Origin: Octopus vulgaris
Taxonomy: Eukaryota
DNA: 64,000 nucleotides
Direction: 5' to 3'
Assembly (NCBI GenBank): GCA_951406725.2
Contig: OX597820.1
Coordinates: 87,544,001-87,608,000, forward strand
Under the pieces are notes generated by a model. That model saw nothing but the letters and a program-made list of their open reading frames with translations. It did not search any database and was not told the origin of the DNA. Below, piece after piece: positions 24,336 to 35,743 of the stretch (position 1 is its first letter; each line of letters starts with the position of its first letter). The translations under genes and the position numbers were made by a program.

Positions 24336-25458
24336 GGAGTAAAAACTCCAATTCTTGACTGGTACTTTATTTTATTGACACTCAAAAAGGTGAAATTCCA
24401 TTGATGAGATAACACAGTTTCTTCTCGTCGACGTTCTGAATATCTCTGAGCATGTAGGCACTCATACTCCCCTACTAACCAATAGACTACAAAGGTTTGT
24501 TTCAGACCAGTTGCATCGCTTAATTGTAGAGACTTATGAGTGCCTGACATTTCATATGCTAGATGCCCAATCTCAGCCTTCGCTTAATCCTGAACTGTAA
24601 CTCTACCAATGAGATGAACTGTCAGAAAACGTGTTTGACAGACAGTAACCACATCAACTCAACGTGAAGAGACGTCTACAAATGCCACAACCTCAGCGTA
24701 ATTTCAGTCACACCATACAGTGCGAAAGAGCACAGGCTCACAGTTGGAACACGGTACGATAGTTAGGCTATAAATTATTAGAGGAGGAGGTAGTGTAGGT
24801 ATTTGCTACTTCTGCCCGAAGTTTCCGAGAAAGCTTTTTCTCAGTCATTTTAAGGTGAGACCGGTTACTCTATTCTTGACTTCACCCTAGTACTTAACCA
24901 CCTGGGTATCATCCCCCAAAAGACCCCAAGCGGATCGTGGGTCAATAACATACACTGACTCGCTTCAGCAGGCGCTGAGTCGTGAACTCACCGACTTGTT
25001 TTGGCATATTTTGGCATGTTGAGGCATATTCCTATCACTACCTCCTTCAGTGTGGTGTCACCTATTTGAATTTCCGTGGTTTTCGACATCATTATTTCGA
25101 CATCGTCTGCGTATCACAAACCGGTTTTCTAACTCGCCCCAGTTCGAGCGGGATGCACTTCAACATCTTCAATTGTTATTTATAGGTATTAATAGGTTAT
25201 TATGATCTCCAAACAATCAGACAACAACCTTGCAAAACAAGCATGGGGGTTTTTCTCTCATTTTTTTTTAGCTGTATGGAATTTTAATTTTCATATATAA
25301 TATATAAACATGCACAGCTTTTAGAACATGGTCATTTTAAAGATTTTGTTGGCAAATTTTAAAATTAAAATTAACATTTATTTACATGAAAGAAAATTAT
25401 CGGAGAACTTTCTGTCAAACCTTTCTGTTAAAACTGTATTGAAACCATTTGTGGGGAA

Positions 25459-26480
25459 TTTTTTTTTATTTTCATCACATCAACTGGTCGCACACCACAA
25501 GGTTTAACGGAACCTACTGAAGCAAGCCAGCACGATCGCAATATTACCACGGGCGACGGCGAGGCTAAAGCGTTGAGAAAGCCAAGTGCCCTCACGGGCA
25601 TCACCTGATACCTCGGTGAGGCGAGCTGCCAACATTGACAAGAAATTCGCGGTTAGTGGCCCAGTCCCTCGGAGCGTCTCAAACGCCACAGGCTGGAAGA
25701 GATAGTTTACTGTCAAGTCCCGATACTTCAGGGTTTTCTTCCATTCGTCTACAGAAGCAGTGACCTTCCCATTAACTGCAGCATCCAGGATGTGGGAGGG
25801 AGCAAAAGAGTGGCAGACTGTGGCGTTCCAAATGAGGCACATACCTCTAACTCAGAGACAAGACCATCTGTTTTTTTCCGTCACTTCTGGATAACTCCGA
25901 CGGCTCCAAAACTCTCTGTTTCCATCTATCCTCCATTATAACCGGAACTGACAAATCCAGTTCTCTCCACCGTGATAGAGCTTCATCCATCTCCCTGTTG
26001 GAATTAGTCCATGTTGGAGAGGAGAGGATGTGGCCTATCAAAAAGGAGCAAGTGTGGATGGAGAAAAGAAAACAGGGAAGTGATAAAGACGAGCACTTGT
26101 GCAGACTTAGACCCCCAAACCGTTTGGGCAAAGCAGCTTAGTCGCGGGAGTCTGGGGAGAGTTTGGCATTGACCAAGCATTCGAGTTTCCGGAAGATTAG
26201 GTCGTCAAAGTATTGGAGGGACGACAGAAGTCTGTAAGAGGGCTTAACTCTCAGAAAATACAATAGCTTAGGAATTGACAAGTAATTGGGGTTCAATTAC
26301 TTCAAGGTTTTTTAAAAGTTGTTCGAGGTTAGCCATTTTGGACCTAAAGAGGGACTCGAAAGCTAGGTCAGTAATTGGGACTCCAAGGGAGCACCACACT
26401 TATGAAAGAGGAATTGCGATTGAGGGGAAGGAGTCAACAAATAGTTTAGTAGTCTGTTCATGCGAAGCTGGGTGAGGTAG
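25459..26480 (-). mobile_element. CRE-clade non-LTR retrotransposon 3' remnant (post-RT region plus restriction-like endonuclease C-terminus)
   Basis: LPKRFGGL motif (ORF 25847-26131) and LIWNAT...KKTLKY...YLFQPVAFET...QRFSLAVARGN (ORF 25504-25842); AATAAA with A-tail near 25460-25472 on minus; zinc-knuckle/PD-D segment appears deleted near 25845. Confidence 0.8.
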
Positions 26481-27085
26481 TTAATTTGTACGTAATATTT
26501 CTTTTATTCTTAAATGTCAGCTGTAGTAAATTGGTGTCTTATCAGAACCAAAACGGAGCTCTTAGTAGGTGGTAGTAGGGAACCTCAAGGTTTCAGGAGA
26601 CGAATATAATTTAGAATGGTACAGTTTCTGTTGTTGCTATTATTGTTGCGCTTCCCCACTGGTCAAGCAATTTATTATCAAACTGGACCCAGCAGTGACC
26701 ATCTTGTCATTAATTTTTTTTTAAATCAAAGACGCCATTCTCCTAATATGTTCTTTATCTATGACAGTAGAGTGGTATTTGGCTGTTATTTCTAACATTA
26801 AGAGATCTCGAAGAGACTGCCTTCTTGACTCCAGCAGAGGTGATCAAAATCCAAATACGTGATTTTCAAATTTGGATTTTCTTTCATTTGCATATTTCTC
26901 TTCACCATTCAACCTGATGTCAGAATACCCCAATTGTAGCAATGCCCTCGGTTTCTAAAGTAGCGAGGATGGAAAACAAAGGAAATAGTTGGAAGGATAT
27001 TCAACTAACACTCATTTGTCCTTTGACCTTGTACAAATTATTTATGTACCGCAAGAGCTTATGTATCTTAATATATAATAAAACT

Positions 27086-27297
27086 AAGGCGGTAAGCTGG
27101 CAGAATGGTTAACTCGCCGGGCAAAAGAGCATTTCGTCTGTCTTTAGGTTCTAAGTTCAAATGCCGCCGTGGTCGTCTTTGCCTTTCATCCTTTCAGGGT
27201 AGATAAGATAAGTACCAGTTGAGCCGAGGGGCTTGATCTAATCGACTTATCCCCTTCCCCGAAATTGCTGGTTTTGTGTCAAAATCTGAAACCAATA
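27086..27297 (+). mobile_element. SINE family A-related copy
   Basis: AAGGCGGTAAGCTGGCAGAA...AAGTTCAAAT, GCCTTTCATCCTTTCAGGGTAGATAAGATAAGTACCAG. Confidence 0.85.
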
Positions 27298-27563
27298 TAC
27301 AAAAAAATTAAATGTATGTAGTTTTGCATACATTCAGGTAACTGAAATTTAGCGTGGAGGTACGTCTTTTCGATGAGAAGGTCTTAGACTGTGCAAGTTT
27401 CCGGTTGAACAATTTTCTGCGTATTTTTATGACGTTTCACTTGAACTGTCGGCTGGACTGTTTGAATGACACAATATTCCCAGATCAAATGAAGATTACC
27501 AACTTCTTTTGAAACAATTTATTTAAACTTCAGAGAAATCTTTTGATTGTATTTTTTCAGGTA

Positions 27564-27730
27564 TTGGTAAACCGAGACAAGGCTGGGCGCTATTGCTAGT
27601 CATTGATAAACCCAAGCAAGGCTAGGCACTTTTGCTATTCCTTGATAAGTTCGGGCAAGTCTGAGCACAACTACTGGTTTTTCATGAACCTGGATTAAAG
27701 TAGGGCACTACCGCTGGTCCTTGATAAACA
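27564..27730. repeat. Degenerate 39-bp tandem repeat, about 4.3 units
   Basis: Units start at 27564, 27603, 27642, 27681, 27721 with consensus near TTGATAAACC.GG.CAAGGCTGGGCACTA.TGCTGGTCC. Confidence 0.8.
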
Positions 27731-29291
27731 GAAATCTTGGCAATCAATAAGGAATCTTTTGTATGAGTCACTGGAAACTTCACTGCTGTCTTATATGGGA
27801 TAATGTATTCTCAAGTAAGCTATGAGTGACTTGCACACATAAAAAAAGACGAGCAGTCGTAGCTGGGAATCTTTGCTCAGAGGTTTGCTTGATTAGGTCT
27901 GACTCAGGATTATAAACAACAATGGCAGAAACTGTGAAAACACTCATTGTAATCGCATTTAAAAGCAGGAAAACGCAAACATTATATTTATCAAATCTCT
28001 CTCTCTCTCTCTCTCTCTTTCTCTCCACAACATATACACACACGGCATTCCCTATACTAGCGGTTTGCAAACTACGGATTGCTGATCAAATCTGGTCCAC
28101 AGCCTTATTTCATCCAATCTACTGAATTTAACGAATATGTAATGTTTCATAAATAAATGAAAATCTTTGATTTCTTTATCCATCTTTGATAAATGAACAA
28201 TAAAATTCAGTATTGAAAAGTAGAACAAACACCGGTCTTTTGAAGTATTAAAAAAATCCTTCTACATAGTTAAAAAGAAAAAATGATATTCTAAACTTAT
28301 TTAAATGAGTGTAGTTCAAGTTTCCATTTTATTCAATGAATGGAGCAACTGACTATGTCTCATACGTTGTCATAATGTCGTTTTCATGAATCATTTGTCC
28401 TAAGAAAGGAATGAATGACAAATAATGTTAACTCGTCTGTTGAAGAAAGCAAGTGTGTTGATTAGCGTCACAAATATTTCAAAGCTATAACTGCTACCTC
28501 CACCCCATTTAGCAAAACTAAAATTGCATAATCCTTCACTGTATACTTTGTCATACATGGTGCATGCTGACTTTTGTCTGGTTAAATGTGATGCAATTCC
28601 TTTATTTCAAGTGACTTTTCAAAACGAAAATAATATCTATTTAAAAATAACAACAATAAGATAAGCTCTTTTATATATCAACACGGTTTCATTTGTATAT
28701 TCGTTGCGATCCACAAAACAAAACATTTCCAGTCCAGCTGGTTTACCCATCAAAAGTTTGCGGAACCCTACTCTATACTCATGTACAACACTGCCAAACT
28801 ATCACATGCTCTGTAAATGCTAAAAACAACTATTATTTCATAACCTCGGAAAGAAAGCATCTTTTGTGGAGCGAATTTTTCAAGAACAAAGGTTGTTTTC
28901 TTTTTAGAGGCAGGAAGAGAATGTTTTACAAATGTCAAACGAGCCGGTACGATGGTTCTCTGAAACTGACCAGACATCCCGCTTAAAATAGCGAAATTTC
29001 TACTCATTCCCTATCAGTGAGAAAACAAAATATAGTTTGCATGCATATAATTCTTCTCTATTCATCATTGGTGTTGGACAAATTTAAAATCTTCACAGTT
29101 TTATTTAACATGGCAATTTGTCAGTCATCTTTAATTCTCACAGCCCCCCCCCCCCCCACACACACACAGGAAAGCCTAGTACCTAGCCGCTTAGAAGAAA
29201 CTCTTGTTACAAACTTCTTCATCCCAGGAAAAGCCACTGTTACAATATATCTTCTTATGTTTTACCTGTAAAGTGTCTCTCTCTTTTAGAT

Positions 29292-29467
29292 CAGGGGTAG
29301 AGAAACTTTTTAGCGCGGCGGACAACTCTCTCTCTCTCTATATATATATACATATATATATATATAACTATAATACATATGAAAGGATAAGTATATTAAA
29401 AGAGGTCCGTGGGAAAATTCATTTAAATAAAAGGGGGCCTGGGTAGTGAAAAGGGTGGGAACCACTG
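29292..29467. mobile_element. Possible hAT (Charlie/MER5-like) MITE
   Basis: Termini CAGGGGTAGAGAAACTTTT and AAAAGGGTGGGAACCACTG resemble hAT MITE ends; 8-bp TSD not preserved. Confidence 0.45.
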
Positions 29468-30596
29468 ACAGACTGAAAAAGTGACCAGTGCTCATAGAGC
29501 TTCTTAAGACTCTCCGAGACTGGTGGGAGGAGGAAAAACGTTATCGTCAGACAGAAGACCTGCCCCTCTTAACCTCTGGAAATATCGAAGGAACAGATAT
29601 TGGTGTTAAACTGGGTGACGGATTAAATCTATCATTCAAAAGTGGGAACGGTTTCACTTATGGAATTGTATAGTCTCTCTCTCTCTCTTATTTCATTTTA
29701 TTTACATGGATTTAGGGTAAAATAAGAAGACATTTTCCCAAGCTGCCGTACTGTGAGATGGAACCAGAAAACATCAGACTACTAACCAAACTTTCCAACT
29801 ACAGCAATACTTCCAACCAACATTGCTGAATATTCTCACCAAATCTTGCAAATTTCAAAGGAAATATAGACGTATAGGTTCTGAGTTCACATACATACGT
29901 ACGTACATACATATAAGGACATACGTAACAAGTGTGCTCATGCAAGTGTGTTTCCTCATAGATTTCAGAAAAATGGATACTTTGTAATAAAATTTTCTAC
30001 AAATACCTTTCAGATAGTATAAATTCCGATTACATCGGAATTTGAGAAAAATTTTGTTGGAGGTGGAGAGAAGAGTTTCGGATAATTCACATGAATCGAC
30101 TGCTTTAGATTACGATTATATCAGAAATTAATGTGAAAGAACATAAAAATTGGTGGGTGCGCATACATATTGACACACATCACGTTACTTGAAAAAATTT
30201 CACGTTTCATTTTGTAGGTATATATGCGATGTGTGCCATTAAGTATGTGTGCGCAGCCCACCAATTTTTTTTAAACATTAAATTCCGATATAGTAGTAAC
30301 ACCACCTGAAAGATATTTGTAAAATGTTTCATAAAAAAATTTGCACTTTTCTTAAAGTTATAAGGAAACAGAGTCGGTGGAGGACACACTTGTGTAGGAA
30401 TGCCAAAAAGGTGATAGCTTTAGTTATAATCATACGATCGAATATTAAGTGTTTGGATTGTTTAGTGTTACATACATCAACAATATCTGTTAATCCCATC
30501 AGCAAGATTTCTTTTAATTAATTATGTTTATCAACCAAAGTCATATTAAACAATACCTTAAGAACATATCCTTGATCCAATCGACCTGAGGATACA

Positions 30597-31011
30597 TATT
30601 TCTTTGCTACCCACAAAGGGCTACACACAGAGGGGACAAACAAGGACAAGTAAAAGGATTAAGTCGATTACATCGACCCCAGTGCGTGACTGGTACTTAA
30701 TTTATCGACCCCGAAAGGATGAAAGGCAAAGTCGACCTCGGTGGAATTTGAACTCAGAACGTAAAGGCAGACGAGATACCTATTTCTTTACTACCCACAA
30801 GGGGCTAAACATAGAGGGGACAAACAAGGACAGACATACGTATTAAGTTCGATTACATCGACCCCAGTGCGCAACTGGTACTTAATTTATCGACCCCGAA
30901 AGGATGAAAGGCAAAGTCGACCTCGGCGGAATTTGAACTCAGAACGTAACGACAGACGAAATATGGCTACGCATTTCGCCCGGCGTGCTAACGTTTTTGC
31001 CAGCTCGCCTT
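30597..31011 (-). mobile_element. Tandem SINE family A dimer (headless unit 30597-30780 plus full unit 30781-31011)
   Basis: Two near-identical units; one pair of flanking repeats ACCTGAGGATAC (30584-30595) and ACCTGAGAATAC (31014-31025). Confidence 0.9.
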
Positions 31012-32389
31012 GAACCTGAGAATACTACGAATGAAAAATGACAACTGTCTTCGCCCAGCGACATGAGCAATAAAACTTTGATTATCAAGCCAATAAACGT
31101 CCCTTTTTTTATGTACTCATTCGACCTGCTAGAAATAATAGTTACATACCCCCAAAATGAAAATAAAAAATTAAATGTCATTTTGTTGTGTGTGTGTGCA
31201 AAATATCTAATTTTTACATAGCTCTCTTAATTCCAAAAGACCCTCCACCACATGTTGGGTTATGTTCATCATAAAACATTAGTAGAGAAAACACTTTAAT
31301 TTCACTTCTTGTCATAAGGTGGAAGGGAAGGGGTGTTTATTTTATCATTTTTATTGTTGAAAAATTGAAATGTTACAGAATCTTTTTTTCATAATCATAA
31401 TCATAATCTCCGTATTTTTCTACCTATTTCGCAAAGAAAAACTTTTTTTAAAGTGAAAATTTAAGAAATTTATGTGTGTGTGTACGGGTGGGGTGAAGGC
31501 GGTGATGGGGATTTAAATTTTGAAATGCAGATTTTTTTTTTTTGCAGATTCGGAATCTGCGTCTTCGATATAATGTGTTCATGTAAAAATGAAACCCCTC
31601 AAAAATCCCAAATTCCATGATCTTTACCTCCGCCCCAAATCACATACTTCTTAGAGAGGAAAAGAAACGATGTCAGCAAAAAACGACGAGATTATCATGG
31701 TTGGAATGTCTTTGATCATAGGTCTACTGAATCAGAGCTGACCTGGGCCTAAAAAAACAAAAAAAAAAAAAAAAACCCCCAAAAAACAGACTATACATCT
31801 TCCTTTAACCTTCAATATTTTCTTCCCCCCTCCATCACAATCTATTCAGTACGACCAGAAAATCTTGAATCTCTCTAATAAAGGGTCCTGTCCAAATATT
31901 CAGTTTATTTTTCCTAGCGGCTAACCATTTTATTTGACTCTTCAGCTTTTGTGGTTTTGCCCCTGGTCGGCCCTAATATCGTAGACCTGAACAAAAGTAT
32001 TAGTCTTGACCGTCCTGTTTTCTTGAATTAATGTTTTAATATTTTTTTTGAAGCCTAATATATTTTAGACTACTTTATCCAATGTGTCCTTTCTTCTTAA
32101 GACAGCAGTTATAATACGAGGGAAATTTGGGTGCTATTTCTAGCAGGTCGAACTACCACCTAGAGGATTCTTCCGTCAATTCACATGAACTGTGTTTCAT
32201 ATCAACACCAGATCAAATTGGCAGAAGAGTTATTGTTCTTCGTTAATAGATGTAAAGTGTGACATGTCGCTGGGGGGCGTTGTGATCAACAGTGCAGTGA
32301 AATAAATTTTTTTTTATTAAAAATAAAGAAAAGAAAAACCAAATAACAAAATAAAAAAAATAGAATTAAATCTCAAACTGAGTTTAACG

Positions 32390-33382
32390 AAATGCGATGT
32401 AAGTGTCGACGACCACCACCACCGAAACAAACAGCAACAGACACCGATCTGTGAGTTTCATCAGCAGGCAAAGACTGTTGCCGCCGCTACTGCTGCTGCT
32501 GCGCTGCTTCTCAGAAGGAAGAGGAGGAAGGGGGAAAGTACAAGTGAGTGTGTTACTTTAATTAGTGTTAAGGAAAACCTTCATTAAAATCAATAAGACC
32601 AGGAGAGTGTCTAGTCTGACTGACTTCTTCAACAAGGGAACCACTGTCTGTTAGAACTGTGGGCTCCCCTCTTTCATCTGTATGCACTGGAATTACGAAG
32701 GACACAACAAGTTGTTGGTTTATAATTCTATATTTCCAGAAAAGGAAACTATATCAACATCCGACAGTCGTTTGTTTATTCATGGTAGCTTTAATTAAAG
32801 GACTTCAAAGAAAAGCACCAGTTAAAAAAAATAGCGCAAACCTCCCATATATATTTAGGAAATTATTGAATATTTTAAATTTTGCTGAACGAAGAAGGTT
32901 TGTTATACATGAAGACAGCATGTCAGTTAAGAACATTTTATTCTGGTAATTCTTTTTGATGTTTTGTGTCTGTGAAATTAATGCATTTTAGTTGTTTCTT
33001 CGGTTTGCTGCTTCTGCAGTTGTAAGTCGTCTTCTGTCGATATTACTACTGCTGCTAAACATGCCATGGACTCTTTACTTACTACTGTCCTTGTCAATCG
33101 CTGACTGTCGACGGCTGTGGCCAGGACCGAACCTACAACTAGGTGTTTATTTATGATTATGAATTGTGTCGAGCTTATCTACTTCAATGTCATTTCTCTA
33201 ACGACATTTCAACGTCTGCTCATTTAAAGTTCTGGTTTGTCTATGTCCACCGTTTCTACACCTCGCTGTTATGGTTTAAATGCTATGGAGAGTCAGCAGT
33301 GTTATTATTGTAGCATGGAAAACTATTGACCAGGAACGAATTACAAAAGATAACTGAATGCTAACGATTTATAGTAGCCGAT
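32390..33382 (+). promoter_or_regulatory. Probable promoter/5' UTR region of the kinesin gene
   Basis: Repeat-free, CpG-retaining sequence directly upstream of the ATG, with multiple uATGs. Possible 5'UTR intron from AA|GTGAGT (32544) to CTGCAG| (33019). TSS not determinable from sequence. Confidence 0.5.
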
Positions 33383-33423
33383 ATGGATGCAACACAAGGA
33401 GATGCCGTGAAAGTGGCACTGAG
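33383..33423 (+). CDS. KIF21: First coding exon of a kinesin motor gene, most like kinesin-4 KIF21 (MDATQGDAVKVAL-R, split codon)
   Basis: ATGGATGCAACACAAGGAGATGCCGTGAAAGTGGCACTGAG|GTAAGT; in-frame stop 21 nt upstream (33362-33364). VKVALR is the first motor beta-strand. As I recall, vertebrate KIF21A/B exon 1 also ends in a phase-2 intron inside this Arg codon (KIF21B MAGQGDCCVKVAVR). Only 14 codons are visible. Confidence 0.7.
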
Positions 33424-35708
33424 GTAAGTATTTTATTTTGTCTCTTTTCTCTTTCCTATATATAATGTATGTATGTGTGTCTATGTGCGCACATACGTTG
33501 TCACATAAATTTGGTGTGCATTTTTTGTGTTTGGAAGGAGGGATATGGCGTAGACAGACGTGTCAGTAGATGCACGAAGGGAAGAAAAAGACTGTTGCAG
33601 CATATTTGTCAACTGGTAATTATTTATCCTTAGCACTTTCATATCACTACTATGTTGATACATTTAGTCCTTAGTTTGTGTGTGTATATATATTTATATC
33701 GAAGGGCCTTTGTAACAAGTGCTTATCCGGGGTTTGCAGTTTTGTCCCCCTTATTACGAGGCTTAACTGTATTTCAAAGGAAGTTTTGGAAAGAATAACA
33801 GAATCTAGAGACCACGTTTTGGTCAACAAGAATGCTAATAATAATAATAACAGCAGCTGCATCGCGCGCGCATCTGTGCATTGTATGTATGCATAGTTAT
33901 GAATGCACTGTATTTGGTGGTGCATGTAATTAATATATATATCAAGTACACTGCACACCGGATCCTTTTATTTAACTGGACTGACATTGTTACTTCCTCT
34001 GACTTTCGCTGACTGTCTATGTCAATGACCAAAGGAGCCTCTATACACTTGTTTGGCTAGAAATAGCAGCTAAATTCTGTCATATACTCTGCTGCCTTTA
34101 CACTGGACAGTTATGTTTTATGGTATGCTTAAAAATAGTAAGTAATGGTGTAGAACTAAGCATTAAATAAATACGGCCTGTAATTTTGCAGACTCTGACT
34201 AAACGCAGTTCGTAACTATAACAACCGCAGATCTTAGAAATACAACTGAAAACAGCTCCACCCACAATATCTGACAATTAGGGAGTCATGCTGAGTAGGG
34301 GATAAGGTGCACACACCCAGATAACATGTTCACAGGAGGCATTCAAGATGCAAATGGAATTAAAATAAGACTAGTCGTCTATATACAGAAAATGGAATGG
34401 TCGTATGGAATGGTCATTTGGAATGCCTCTGATCATGTCTCCTAAATCATACCAGGCCTGGAGCTAAACAACAACTGCTGTGTTGAAAATTAAACATGCC
34501 CCTAGCTCTAGTAGTCGTCTAACACATTTGATAATGTAATCCTACGGTGAACAATGCTTAAAAAAACACGAAGTGGTCATGACTAGGATATAATTGACAA
34601 TAGTTCTGCTCAACCAGGGTTGACTTTGGGTTAAAAAAACCCTCACATTTTTACGAGTCAAGTAGGGAGAAGTGCTCGTTAAAGTAATCAAATTATCTTC
34701 CTATAATGGGGAACAGGTTCAAGTATTAAATCCCCGAGTAACAGCCGTGTCACAAATAGAAACCCTGTTGAAACGAGCGAAGGTGGAAGTCTCTACATGG
34801 TCGCACGACCTGCTAAAAATTACAGCCAAATCGCAGTATGCAGTCTTTATTAAAAAGGCCACATTAGATAATTTAGTCTTTGATACACGCTCTTTCTCAC
34901 ACAAGTAATAATAATAATAATTGAAACGCATTTGATCAGAGAACTGCTTAATCAGAACCGGCCTGTGGTTAAATAACCAATTCCAACGAATGCTTCGTAA
35001 CGCTGGTTTGATCGAGGTGGTGGTGCTGGGGGGAGTGAAAGAAAGTGCAACAATTAGGTATAGGAAGGATGGATGCATGCATTCTGGTATTCACTCTATT
35101 GCTGTTCACTCTAATTGCTGATTTAGAAAAAAGATAAATGGTATCGTTTCATGTTTGAATAAAATATGTGGACGCTGATTATCAAAACACACATATCCAC
35201 CTCTATCATTTTTTTTTTTTTTTCAAATATTTTTTTCTCTTTCGTTCTATATTATCGTTATGTCAACATACACATAGCATTGTAGAATGCAGTTTCGTTG
35301 ACGATGTTGTCATAGTGAACGTTAATTTGTATACATAACATAGAGTAAAATAGAAAATTCGTTCGTTCGTTCGTCATTCATTCATTCATCTAGCGGGTGA
35401 ATGACTAAATCACTTCTTTTTTGCTTTGTATTGTTATTTTTTGCCTTTCAACTCAACTGACAGGCATTTTTTTAACCGCCATACAATGCGCGCGCCCCTA
35501 CCATCCACATTTCTTCGATCACATCCATGAAAATCACTCTAGTCTTCGATCTTCGCACACCGTTCTATATTTAGCTGACATCTGAGAATAGAGGGGAAAC
35601 TACGTTTGTTCTACGCATCAGTTGGTGCTGTTTGCATGGATGGGAATCGTTGTGCTCGATATATCGAAGATTAAATGTATTCACCTTGTGTAGTGTTAGC
35701 GTGCATGT

Positions 35709-35743
<35 letters not shown>

